Assembly: GCA_965116475.1 (NCBI GenBank)
Contig: OZ220691.1
Location: 1,248,001 to 1,312,000 of the forward strand
From: Gemmatimonadota bacterium
GTDB lineage: Bacteria > Gemmatimonadota > Gemmatimonadetes > Palauibacterales > Palauibacteraceae
Direction of reading: 5' to 3'
Length of the DNA: 64,000 bases
This document shows, piece after piece, positions 1 to 9,053 of this stretch (position 1 is the stretch's first letter; each line of letters opens with the position of its first letter). The position numbers were made by a program, and so were the translations under genes. The notes under the pieces are model-generated. The model was given only the letters and a program-made list of their open reading frames with translations, was not told where the DNA came from and did not search any database.

Positions 1-1188
1 CTCGGCGTGGAGCGCGGCGACATCGTCCGCGTCGAGTCCGCCCACGGCGCCATCGAGGCGCCGGTCTACGTCTACCGCGGCATCCGCCCGGATACGGTGG
101 CGATCCCGCTCGGACAGGGACACACGGAGTACGGCCGCTACGCGCGGAACCGCGGCGTGAACCCGCTGAACCTCCTCGCGGCGGACGCGGACCCCGGCTC
201 CGGCGCGCTGGCCTACGCCGGGACGGCGGTCACCGTCGCGGCCACCGGGGAGACCGCCCGGCTCGTCGTCACGCAGGGGTCCACCGACGACCTCGACCGC
301 GAGATCGTCCACGCCATGAACGTCGAGGACGCGCTGCACGAGATCGAGGCGCACGAGATCGACCTCGTCGAGATGGTCGAGGCCGCGTGGGACTCCGATC
401 CGAACAGCCCGTACCGCTGGGGCATGACCATCGACCTCAACGCCTGCACCGGCTGCGGCGCCTGCGTCACCTCCTGCTACTCCGAGAACAACATCCCCAC
501 CGTGGGCGAGGAGCAGGCGGCGCTCCGGCGGGAGATGTCGTGGATGCGGATCCACCGCTTCGAGGAGGAGACGGAAGACGGCGGCTTCCAGACGGTGCAG
601 CAGCCGATGCTGTGCCAGCACTGCGGCGACGCGCCGTGCGAGCCGGTGTGCCCGGTCTACGCGACGTACCACAGCCCCGAGGGGCTCAACGTCCAGGTCT
701 ACAACCGCTGCGTCGGCACGCGGTACTGCGCGAACAACTGCCCCTACAAGGTCCGCCGCTTCAACTGGTTCAACCATGACGCGCGCGGCCGTGGCGACGG
801 AGGAGCCTTCGCCTGGCCCCTGAACCTCCAGCTCAACCCGGACATCACCGTCCGCGAGGTGGGGGTGATGGAGAAGTGCACGATGTGCGTGCACCGGATC
901 AACAAGGCGAAGATCGACGCCAAGGACGAAGGGCGGATGGTGAGAGACGGCGAGGTGATGACGGCCTGCCAGTCCAGCTGCCCGTCGAACGCGATCACCT
1001 TCGGCAACCTCAAGGATCCGGAGAGCGAGGTCTCCCGCAAGGCCAAGAGCGCCCGCGGCTACCACGCGCTCGGAGAACTCGGCGTGCGCCCCGCGATCAC
1101 CTACCTCGAGGACGTCACGCACAAGCACATGGCGGCCGGCGGGCACGGCGAACCGGCGGCGGCCGGGGAAGGCGAAGAGGCGCACTGA
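1..1188 (+). CDS. actB: Alternative complex III subunit ActB, C-terminal part (molybdopterin-oxidoreductase-like domain plus Fe-S domain); truncated by window start
   Basis: Cys motifs CTGCGACVTSC, CQHCGDAPCEPVCP, CVGTRYCANNCPY and CTMC...CQSSCP; GMTIDL and NPDITVRxxGVMEKC motifs; followed by an NrfD-type gene. Confidence 0.9.
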   Translation, partial: LGVERGDIVRVESAHGAIEAPVYVYRGIRPDTVAIPLGQGHTEYGRYARNRGVNPLNLLAADADPGSGALAYAGTAVTVAATGETARLVVTQGSTDDLDREIVHAMNVEDALHEIEAHEIDLVEMVEAAWDSDPNSPYRWGMTIDLNACTGCGACVTSCYSENNIPTVGEEQAALRREMSWMRIHRFEEETEDGGFQTVQQPMLCQHCGDAPCEPVCPVYATYHSPEGLNVQVYNRCVGTRYCANNCPYKVRRFNWFNHDARGRGDGGAFAWPLNLQLNPDITVREVGVMEKCTMCVHRINKAKIDAKDEGRMVRDGEVMTACQSSCPSNAITFGNLKDPESEVSRKAKSARGYHALGELGVRPAITYLEDVTHKHMAAGGHGEPAAAGEGEEAH

Positions 1189-2564
1189 TGGCGACCGCAG
1201 AGGCGAAGGTGCCCGCCACGCCGACGCTGGCCGACGCGAACCGCGACATCACGCGGCCCATCGCGATGCCCGAGAAGCGCTTCTACCTCGTGCTCGGGGT
1301 CGCGGCCGCGGGTCTCGCCCTCATGTTCGGCGCCTGGTTCTACCAGATCGGGGCCGGCATCGGCGTCGCGGGCATCACGCACCCGGTCTTCTGGGGCGTG
1401 TACATCACGACCTTCGTCTTCTGGGTCGGGATCGCCCACTCCGGGACGCTGATCTCGGCGATTCTCTACCTCTTCCGCTCCGGCTGGCGCACGACGATCA
1501 ACCGGACCGCGGAGGCGATGACGATCTTCGCGGTGATGACGGCGGGGCTCTTCCCTCTCATCCACCTGGGTCGCGTCTGGTACTTCTACTACCTGATGCC
1601 GTATCCGTCGCAGCGGCAGATCTGGCCCGACTTCCGGTCGCCGCTCGTGATGGACGTGTTCGCGGTGTCGACGTACCTCACGATCTCCGCGCTCTTCTGG
1701 TACACCGGCCTCATCCCCGATTTCGCGATCCTGCGCGACCGGGCCAAGGGCTGGATGTACAAGATCTACGGCGCTTTCTCGCTCGGATGGCAGGGGACGG
1801 TGAGCGAGTGGCGGCACTACCGCCGCATCTACCTCTACATGGCGGGGATCGCGACGCCGCTGGTGCTCTCGGTGCACTCCGTGGTTTCGTGGGACTTCGC
1901 CCTCTCGATCGTGCCGGGGTGGCACTCGACGATCTTCGCCCCGTACTTCGTGGCCGGAGCGATCTTCAGCGGGGTCGCCCTCGTGATCACGATCATGATC
2001 CCGCTGCGGTGGGCGTTCGGGCTCGAGGCGTACATCACCGAGAACCACTTCGAGAACATGGCGAAGCTGGTCCTCCTCACGTCGCTCATCGTGGGCTTCT
2101 CGTACGGGACGGAGTTCTTCCTCGCCTACTACTCGGCGGACCCGATCGAGATCGAGAGCTTCCGCTGGCGGGCCATGGGGGCCTACGCGCTCCCCTTCTG
2201 GGTCATGGTGTTCTGCAACGTGGTCGTGCCGCAGGCGCTGTGGTTCAAGAAGGTGCGCACGAGCCTGCCGGCGCTGTTCGCGCTCACGATCTTCGTCAAC
2301 ATCGGGATGTGGTACGAGCGGTTCGTGATCATCGTCACGTCGCTCGCCCACGAGTACGAGCCGGGCGGATGGGGCCTGTACACGCCGAGCTGGGTGGAGA
2401 TGTCGATTCTCGTCGGCAGCTTCTGCTGGTTCTTCTTCTGGTTCCTCCTCTTCTCGCGCAGCCTGCCGGTGATCTCGATCGCCGAGGTGAAGGAACATCT
2501 CGCGCACGAGCACGCGCACGGGAGCGACGGAAACGACGGAGAAAACGGGGATGGCCATGAGTAG
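1188..2564 (+). CDS. actC: Alternative complex III quinol-binding membrane subunit ActC (NrfD family)
   Basis: ATG overlaps the actB TGA; motifs WGVYITTFVFWVGIAHSGTLISA, HLGR, SVHSVVSWDF, PGWHSTIFAPYF and MWYERF. Confidence 0.92.
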   Translation: MATAEAKVPATPTLADANRDITRPIAMPEKRFYLVLGVAAAGLALMFGAWFYQIGAGIGVAGITHPVFWGVYITTFVFWVGIAHSGTLISAILYLFRSGWRTTINRTAEAMTIFAVMTAGLFPLIHLGRVWYFYYLMPYPSQRQIWPDFRSPLVMDVFAVSTYLTISALFWYTGLIPDFAILRDRAKGWMYKIYGAFSLGWQGTVSEWRHYRRIYLYMAGIATPLVLSVHSVVSWDFALSIVPGWHSTIFAPYFVAGAIFSGVALVITIMIPLRWAFGLEAYITENHFENMAKLVLLTSLIVGFSYGTEFFLAYYSADPIEIESFRWRAMGAYALPFWVMVFCNVVVPQALWFKKVRTSLPALFALTIFVNIGMWYERFVIIVTSLAHEYEPGGWGLYTPSWVEMSILVGSFCWFFFWFLLFSRSLPVISIAEVKEHLAHEHAHGSDGNDGENGDGHE

Positions 2565-3060
2565 CGGCGTCCTCGGGCAGTACGACACGCTGCACGGCAC
2601 GCTCGACGCCATTGCGCGCCTGCGGGAGGCGGGACACCGGGACATCGAGGTCTTCTCGCCGATCCCGTCGCCGGAGATCGAGGAGGCGATGGACATCCAC
2701 TCCTCGCCGGTGCGCGTGTGGGCGCTGACGGGCGCGATCACCGGGTGTACGCTCGGGGTGCTGCTCACGGCGGGCACGTCGCTGGCCTACCCGCTCGTCA
2801 CGCAGGGCAAGCCGCTCGTGTCGCTGCCTCCGTTCGTCGTGTTCATGTTCGAACTCACGGTGCTGCTCACGGGAATCTTCGGGCTGGTCGCGCTGCTCGT
2901 GCACACGAAACGGCCGGTGATCAACCTCGACCCGGCGTATCGGACGTCGTTCTCGGTCGACCGCTGGGGGATCTTCGTGCCGGTCAACGGCGAGGGACAC
3001 GCCGCCGCCGAGGCGCTCGTGCGGGAGACCGCCGCCGTGGACGTGGAGGTGCAGGGATGA
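2551..3060 (+). CDS. actD: Alternative complex III subunit ActD (DUF3341)
   Basis: EVFSPIP, YPLxxQGKP and FELTVL motifs; two TM helices; operon position. Confidence 0.88.
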   Translation: MAMSSGVLGQYDTLHGTLDAIARLREAGHRDIEVFSPIPSPEIEEAMDIHSSPVRVWALTGAITGCTLGVLLTAGTSLAYPLVTQGKPLVSLPPFVVFMFELTVLLTGIFGLVALLVHTKRPVINLDPAYRTSFSVDRWGIFVPVNGEGHAAAEALVRETAAVDVEVQG

Positions 3061-3722
3061 CCGCCCGCGCCGCCCGGACCGCCCGCGCCGCCGCGACCGT
3101 GGTCCTCGCCGCCTTCGCGCTGGGCGGCTGCGACGACCAGATCAAGCATCTGGATCAGCGGACGCCGTTCTTCAACACGATGTCCTGGCAGCCCTCGGTG
3201 GAGGCCTTCGAGGAGCGGGCGCGGGCGCCGGTGCCGGGCACGATGCCGATCGACGGCGAGCGCACGTACGACCTGATGGCGGCCGACACGATGCTGGTCA
3301 GCCCGATCTCCGGCACCGAGGCCGACCTGGCCCGGGGAGCGGAGCTGTACAGCCAGTTCTGCATCGTCTGTCACGGCGTGACGGGGGCCGGCGACGGCTC
3401 CGTGGTGGGGCAGAACCGGATTCCCGACATCCCGCTCCTCAACATCCGGGGCGAACTCACGCGCGGATACACGGACGGATACATCTGGGGCATGATCGGG
3501 AACGGACGCGGGCTGATGCCGCCCTACCGGCGCATCCCGGCCATGGACCGCTGGTACCTGGTCGCGTACGTGCGGCAACTGCAGGCCGAGGCGATGGCCG
3601 AGGAAGCGGCGGCGGCCGAGGCTGCGGCGGCTGAGGCGGCAGCGGCCGAAGCGGCGGCGGAGTCCGAGACGGGCGAGACGGGCGAAACGGGCGAGGTCCC
3701 CGGGACGGGAGGAGGACTGTGA
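3057..3722 (+). CDS. actE: Alternative complex III monoheme cytochrome c lipoprotein ActE, with Ala/Glu-rich C-terminal tail
   Basis: Lipobox-like LGGC; heme motif CIVCH; axial Met in GLMPPY; RWxLVAYVRQLQ. Confidence 0.88.
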   Translation: MTARAARTARAAATVVLAAFALGGCDDQIKHLDQRTPFFNTMSWQPSVEAFEERARAPVPGTMPIDGERTYDLMAADTMLVSPISGTEADLARGAELYSQFCIVCHGVTGAGDGSVVGQNRIPDIPLLNIRGELTRGYTDGYIWGMIGNGRGLMPPYRRIPAMDRWYLVAYVRQLQAEAMAEEAAAAEAAAAEAAAAEAAAESETGETGETGEVPGTGGGL

Positions 3723-4999
3723 GCGGCGGCGGCGACCGTCCGGCGCTCACCACGGGCGAGGCGCTGCAGACGATCAGCGGCCGCATTCCGACGGTGTGGC
3801 TGGCCGTCTGGCTGGCGGCGGTCGCGATCGGGGCCGTGGGCTTTGCGACCACGGTCGGCGGCGACGCCCAGCGCGCCTGGATGAGCGTGTGGTCGAACTT
3901 CCTCTTCTGGACGGCGATCTCGATGGCCGGGGTCGTCTTCGGGGCCGTCCTCCAGGTCGCGAAGGGGCACTGGGGCAAGAGCTTCCGCCGGCTGGCGGAG
4001 GCCGCGGGCGCCTTCCTCCCCATCTCCTTCGCCCTCTTCTTCGCGCTCCGGCTCGGCGCCGAACACGTCTTCCCCTGGATCGGGCCCGTGGAGACGGAAC
4101 ACCTGAACCGCGACTGGCTGACGCTCGAGGGCGTCTTCATGCGGAACGGGGTCCTGCTCGCGGTGCTCTATCTGCTCGGCTTCGTGTGGCTCTTCTACTC
4201 GATCCGGGCCGACGCGCCGCTGGTCGCCGCGGAGAGCCGGGGCTGGCGCAAGGCCGTCGTGTCCCTCTTCGCCCGGGGCTGGCGCGGCGACGACGTGGAG
4301 GTCGAGCGCTGCCGGGCCCGCATCGGGCGGCTGTCCGCCGTGCTGATCCTGAGTTGGGCCGTCATCTTCTCGCTCCTGTCGTTCGATTTCGGGATGTCGC
4401 TCACGCCGGGCTTCATGAGCATGGTGTGGGGGCCGTACTACTTCATCGGCGGCTGGCTCGGCATGCTCGCGCTCGTCGCGGTCATGGCCCACCGCTTCAA
4501 CGGGCAGGCCGACGGCATCCGGCTGTGGGGCAAGTACGACTTCCACGATCTCGGCAAGCTGACGTTCGCCTTCGTGGCGTTCTGGACCTACCTCTGGTTC
4601 GCCCAGTATCTCGTGATCTGGTACGGCAACATCCCGCGCGAGACGAACTTCTTCATGCCGCGCTCGACGGGCGGCTTCGGGCGCATGTTCTGGCTCCAGA
4701 TGGTGCTCATCTTCGCCCTCCCCTTCCCCTTCCTCCTGGGGCGGAGCCCGAAGATGAGTTCGCGCTGGCTGGCGTTCGTCGGGCTGCTGATCCTGGTCGG
4801 TTTCTGGGTCGAGCGCTGGAACATGGTGGCGCCGTCGATCTGGCACGGGGAAGGACTGCCGCTCGGCGTGCCGGAGGCGATGATCTCGATCGGTTTCGTC
4901 GGCCTGTTCGCCCTCGCCTACGGCGCCTATTCGACGACCTTCCCGAAGGTTCCGATGCGCGAGACGATCGCGCTGGGGAGTCCCGGCCGCGGCCCGTAG
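3719..4999 (+). CDS. actF: Alternative complex III membrane subunit ActF
   Basis: About 10 TM helices; HDLGKLxFAFxxFWTYLWFAQYLVIWYGNIPxE motif. Confidence 0.9.
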   Translation: MSGGGDRPALTTGEALQTISGRIPTVWLAVWLAAVAIGAVGFATTVGGDAQRAWMSVWSNFLFWTAISMAGVVFGAVLQVAKGHWGKSFRRLAEAAGAFLPISFALFFALRLGAEHVFPWIGPVETEHLNRDWLTLEGVFMRNGVLLAVLYLLGFVWLFYSIRADAPLVAAESRGWRKAVVSLFARGWRGDDVEVERCRARIGRLSAVLILSWAVIFSLLSFDFGMSLTPGFMSMVWGPYYFIGGWLGMLALVAVMAHRFNGQADGIRLWGKYDFHDLGKLTFAFVAFWTYLWFAQYLVIWYGNIPRETNFFMPRSTGGFGRMFWLQMVLIFALPFPFLLGRSPKMSSRWLAFVGLLILVGFWVERWNMVAPSIWHGEGLPLGVPEAMISIGFVGLFALAYGAYSTTFPKVPMRETIALGSPGRGP

Positions 5000-5149
5000 G
5001 CGGCCGCCGATTTCGGGCCGACGGACGACGGGGGTGCCCCGGCTGCCCTCCGGCCTCTACTTTCAAGGTCGGCCGTATGACGTGACGGTGCGGACCATGC
5101 CGATGTGGCGTGGCCTCGTGCCGCGAAGTTCTTGACCGAGGCGGTTTGG

Positions 5150-5449
5150 ATGGAGCTTTCCGACAACTACGAGCAGTTGCTGCAGCGAACGACCGCGACG
5201 GTCGAGAAGTACCGCGAGGGGGCCGAGGAGCTGAGGGTGAAGCTCCGCGAGGCCCGCGCCGGCCGAAAGGTTCAGATCATGGCCATGATCGACCGGCTGG
5301 AGCGCAAGTACGACGGGGCGAAGACGCGCCTCGAGGAGCTTTCGGACTCCGAGGAAGACGGCAACAGCCAGGCCCTCGGCGTCCTCCACCAGAAGGTGGT
5401 CTCCGAACTCTCGGACATGAAGCGGACGATCCAGACCCGCATCCGCTGA
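5150..5449 (+). CDS. Small helical/coiled-coil hypothetical protein (resembles Sll1863-type stress proteins)
   Basis: GAGG RBS before ATG 5150; GC3-biased codons; amphipathic charged helices. Confidence 0.6.
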   Translation: MELSDNYEQLLQRTTATVEKYREGAEELRVKLREARAGRKVQIMAMIDRLERKYDGAKTRLEELSDSEEDGNSQALGVLHQKVVSELSDMKRTIQTRIR

Positions 5450-5472
5450 CCTCGTCCTCTCGAGTCGTCCCG

Positions 5473-5673
5473 ATGCGAAAGATCGATGGCGAAGCGGTCG
5501 ACCGCAGTTCGGATTCCGAGTCGCCGAGTTGCCTCGAACTTGCCGGGGATCTCGCCGGTTGCTTCGAGAGCGGTCGTGCCGATGCGGCGACGGATCCGCG
5601 CTTGCTCGAGGAGGCCATGCTCCTTGACGCCCGACCATCGGCCCCTGCGCTCGAGCAGGCGGGGGCTGACTAG
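5473..5673 (+). pseudogene. Possible relic of an RHH/CopG-type (VapB-like) antitoxin C-terminus
   Basis: SCLELAGDLAGCFESGRADAATDPRLLEEA resembles the SxLDLAGDLxGCxxGxxDLSTNPxxL tail of RHH antitoxins; no N-terminal RHH domain seen. Confidence 0.35.
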
Positions 5674-6095
5674 GCCGAATCCGTGCCGGTATCCGGCAGT
5701 GGGATGCCCAGGACACTGCCCTCGATTCTGGCCACCGCCATGCGCGTCCGAGTCAACTCTGTGGCGACCCCGTCGATCCGGCCCCCGAGTTCCGTTCGCA
5801 CACCCTTGATCTCGCCGCGAAGCTCCGTGCGCATGCTCGTCATCTCGCCGCGCACCCCTTTGATCTCGCTCCGAAGCTCGTCGCGCAAACTGCTGATATC
5901 GCTCCGAAGCTCGTCGCGGAGGCCCGTGATGCCGCCCTGAAGCTCCCCGCGCAGACCCTTGATGTCTCCCTTGAACTCCCCGCGCAGGCCGTCGAGCTTC
6001 TCGTCGAGCTTGCGCATAAAGCGGCCCAGCGTCAGGCCCACGCCGATGATTGCCAACGTAATGGTGACGAGTCCGATGATCACGTCCAACCCCAT
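5670..6095 (-). CDS. Membrane-anchored coiled-coil protein with 11-residue (LRGEIKGxxxE-type) repeats; paralogue of 49828-50319
   Basis: MGLDV start, N-terminal TM helix, about 6 hendecad repeats, C-terminal VARIEG. Confidence 0.75.
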   Translation of the reverse strand: MGLDVIIGLVTITLAIIGVGLTLGRFMRKLDEKLDGLRGEFKGDIKGLRGELQGGITGLRDELRSDISSLRDELRSEIKGVRGEMTSMRTELRGEIKGVRTELGGRIDGVATELTRTRMAVARIEGSVLGIPLPDTGTDSA

Positions 6096-6180
6096 CTCTA
6101 CCGGCTCCCGTTGAAGGCTCCGTGCGACGCCCGGCCTACCGGCCGCGACCCCGATCTGCACGAACCTCCACGTCCCGATC

Positions 6181-6209
6181 AAGGTGGTATCAAACGGCGA
6201 ACACCTCAA
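6181..6209 (-). promoter_or_regulatory. Putative sigma70-type promoter TTGAGG-N17-CACCTT of the coiled-coil gene
   Basis: Conserved with identical spacing upstream of the paralogue (50404-50432). Confidence 0.5.
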
Positions 6210-6236
6210 GCCGAAGGACCGGAAACGGGGTCGTCG

Positions 6237-9053
6237 TCAGTCCAGGCGCAGGGCGGTTCTGAGGAGCCTGCGCTGGCGGTGGACGTGTTTGCCGAAGTAG
6301 CCCTCCGCCGGGCTGGCGCGCTCCGGGCGGCCCACGTAGACCGGTTCGCGGCCGATGAGTGCTCGCAGGTGCGGGCGCATGAACGTCCAGGCGCCCATGT
6401 TCTCCGGCTCCTCCTGCACCCAGCAGATCTCCGCCTCGCGGGGATAGGGGGCCAGGGCCGCAGCCAGTTCCAGGGCCGGGAAGGGATACGGCTGTTCCAC
6501 GCGCAGGATCGGGATGTCGTGGGCCTCGGGAGCTTCCGCCAGCAGGTCGAAGTAGACCTTTCCGCTGCACACGATGACCCGGCTCACGCTCGACGGGTCG
6601 GCGCGGAAGTCGGGGTCCGGGAGGACGGGGCGAAAGGGGCCGCCGGTGAGGTCGCCGATGGACGAGCGGGCGCGCGGGTGGCGCAGCAGGCTCTTCGGCG
6701 TCATCACGATCAGGGGACGGCACGTGGCGCGCAGCGCCTGCCAGCGCACGGCGTGGAAGTACTGCGCGGGCGTCGTGCAGTTCACGACGCGGATGTTGCC
6801 TTCGGCGGCGAGTTGCAGGAAGCGCTCCAGCCGGGCGCTCGAGTGTTCCGGGCCCTGGCCCTCGTAGCCGTGGGGGAGGAGCAGGACGAGCCGCGACTCC
6901 AGACCCCACTTCGTGCGGCCCGACACGATGAACTGGTCGATGATCGCCTGCCCGACGTTGGCGAAATCGCCGAACTGCGCTTCCCACATCACGAGCGCGT
7001 TGGCGGCGATCGTGGAGAAGCCGTACTCGAAGCCGAGCGTGGCGATCTCGGACAGGGGGCTGTTGGCGATGCGGAACGCCGCCTGCCCCTCCTCGAGGTG
7101 GGCCATGGGCGTGTACGGACGCCCGTCCTCGGCGTCGTGCAGCACGAGGTGGCGGTGGCTGAACGTGCCGCGCTCGGTGTCCTCGCCGGTGAGACGCACG
7201 GGGACGCCCTCCGTGAGCAGGCCCGCCAGTGCGAGCGCCTCGGCATGCCCCCAGTCGATCCCGTCGTCCAGCGCCGCGCGACGCCGTTCCAGTTGCCGCC
7301 CGAGCTTGTGGAAGGGCTTGAAGTCGTCGGGCCAGCGGTGGACCGCCTCGTTGAGTTCCCGCAGCCGCGCCTCCGGAATGCCGGTCGGCCGCTCCGGCTC
7401 CGCCGGGTCCAGCAGCCGCTTCGGGTCCGGCGCCGCTCCCGTCTGTGCGTCCGCCTCCTTGTGCGCGGCGATCGCCCCCCTCGCCGCTTCGAGTTCCGCG
7501 TCCACATCCGCGACCATGGCGTCGACTTCGTCGTGGGAGAGAAGCCCCCGCTCGACGACGCTGTTCGCGAACTGCGCGCGCACCCTCGGGTGCGAGGCGA
7601 CCCGCTCGTACATCATGGGCTGGGTGTAGGAGGGTTCGTCCCCCTCGTTGTGCCCGTAGCGCCGGTAGCCCACGAGGTCGATGACCAGGTCTTCTCCGAA
7701 CTCGAACCGGTAGTCGACGGCGAGCCGCACCGCGGCCATGCACGCCTCGGGGTCGTCCGCGTTCACGTGCACGACGGGTAGCCGGAAGCCGAGCGCGAGG
7801 TCGCTCGCGTACCGGGTCGAGCGGCTGTCGCCGGGCAGGGTCGTGAAGCCCAGCTGGTTGTTGGTGATGATGTGGAGCGTGCCGCCCGTCTCGTAGGCGC
7901 GCAGCCGGCACAGGTTCAGCGTTTCCGCCACGACGCCCTGCCCCGCGAAGGAGGCGTCGCCGTGGATGAGGATGGGGAGGATGGCCGACGAGTCGGAGGC
8001 TTCGCCGGTGAAGCGGGCGGCCCGGGCCATGCCGAGGACGACGGGGTTCACGTGCTCGAGGTGGCTCGGGTTGGGGGCGAGCCGGACGTCCAGTTCCACT
8101 TCGTCCTCCGCGACCTGGGATCTGCCGCCCACGTGGTACTTGACGTCGCCGGATCCGTGCTCCGGGAGCGCGGTCATGATGCCGCGCGCGGCCTGTTCCT
8201 CGAACTCGGCCACGATCGACTCGTAGGAAAGCCCCATAACGTGGGCCAGCACATTCAGGCGCCCGCGGTGCGCCATCCCCAGGAACACCTGCCGCGCCCC
8301 GCGCCGCCCCGCGCTACCGATGATCCCCCGCAGCATGGGCACGAGCATGTCGAGGCCCTCGACGGAGAACCGCTTCTTCCCGAGGTAGGTGCGGTGCAGG
8401 AACGTCTCGAGCCCTTCCACGCGGGTCAGCCACTCGAGGCACGCCTTCGCCCGTTCGCGGCTCATGAGGAGCCGGTGGCGGTGCGACTCGATGTAGTCCA
8501 CGAGCCAGTCGCGCTGGGTCGGGTTCTCCATCTGGTCGAGTTCGTAGCCGATCGGGCCGCAGTAGATCTCCTCGAGGCGGTCCACGACCTCGGCCGCGTT
8601 GTCGCCCAGGTGCTTGAGCCAGACGGCGGAGGCGGGCACGCGCGCGAGTTCCTCGCGGCGGATGCCGTGGTATTCCGGTTCGAGCACCGGGTGCCTCGGA
8701 GGTTCGGAGCCGAGCGGGTCGATGCGCGCCCCCAGGTGTCCGTACGCGCGGTAGTCCTCGACGAGGGCCCCGGCGATGGCGGCAAGCCGCAGGTCCTCCG
8801 TCGCCACCACCTCCGCCTCGGCAGGCACAGGCAGGGGGACGGGAGGAGCCGCGGGAGGAGCCGCAGGAGGAACCGCTTCGACAGTTGCGTCTGCCGATGG
8901 ATCCCAACCCGCCAGCGGCGGCGGAATCACGCCCCGGTCGCGCAGCGTCCGTTCGACGAGCCCCTCGGCGTATCCCGCGTTATAACCGTCGGCGACCCAG
9001 CCGCGGTCGTCGGCCGAGCGGCTTCCGTCCTCGCTCACCCGGGAGTCGCTCAC
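6237..9053 (-). CDS. sucA: 2-oxoglutarate dehydrogenase E1 component
   Basis: KRFSVEG, GMAHRGRLN, GDVKYH, NPSHLE, HGDASFAGQG, RRYGHNEGDEP, RGTFSHRH, WEAQFGDF, LPHGYEGQGPEHSS, PKSLLR. Confidence 0.96.
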   Translation of the reverse strand: MSDSRVSEDGSRSADDRGWVADGYNAGYAEGLVERTLRDRGVIPPPLAGWDPSADATVEAVPPAAPPAAPPVPLPVPAEAEVVATEDLRLAAIAGALVEDYRAYGHLGARIDPLGSEPPRHPVLEPEYHGIRREELARVPASAVWLKHLGDNAAEVVDRLEEIYCGPIGYELDQMENPTQRDWLVDYIESHRHRLLMSRERAKACLEWLTRVEGLETFLHRTYLGKKRFSVEGLDMLVPMLRGIIGSAGRRGARQVFLGMAHRGRLNVLAHVMGLSYESIVAEFEEQAARGIMTALPEHGSGDVKYHVGGRSQVAEDEVELDVRLAPNPSHLEHVNPVVLGMARAARFTGEASDSSAILPILIHGDASFAGQGVVAETLNLCRLRAYETGGTLHIITNNQLGFTTLPGDSRSTRYASDLALGFRLPVVHVNADDPEACMAAVRLAVDYRFEFGEDLVIDLVGYRRYGHNEGDEPSYTQPMMYERVASHPRVRAQFANSVVERGLLSHDEVDAMVADVDAELEAARGAIAAHKEADAQTGAAPDPKRLLDPAEPERPTGIPEARLRELNEAVHRWPDDFKPFHKLGRQLERRRAALDDGIDWGHAEALALAGLLTEGVPVRLTGEDTERGTFSHRHLVLHDAEDGRPYTPMAHLEEGQAAFRIANSPLSEIATLGFEYGFSTIAANALVMWEAQFGDFANVGQAIIDQFIVSGRTKWGLESRLVLLLPHGYEGQGPEHSSARLERFLQLAAEGNIRVVNCTTPAQYFHAVRWQALRATCRPLIVMTPKSLLRHPRARSSIGDLTGGPFRPVLPDPDFRADPSSVSRVIVCSGKVYFDLLAEAPEAHDIPILRVEQPYPFPALELAAALAPYPREAEICWVQEEPENMGAWTFMRPHLRALIGREPVYVGRPERASPAEGYFGKHVHRQRRLLRTALRLD

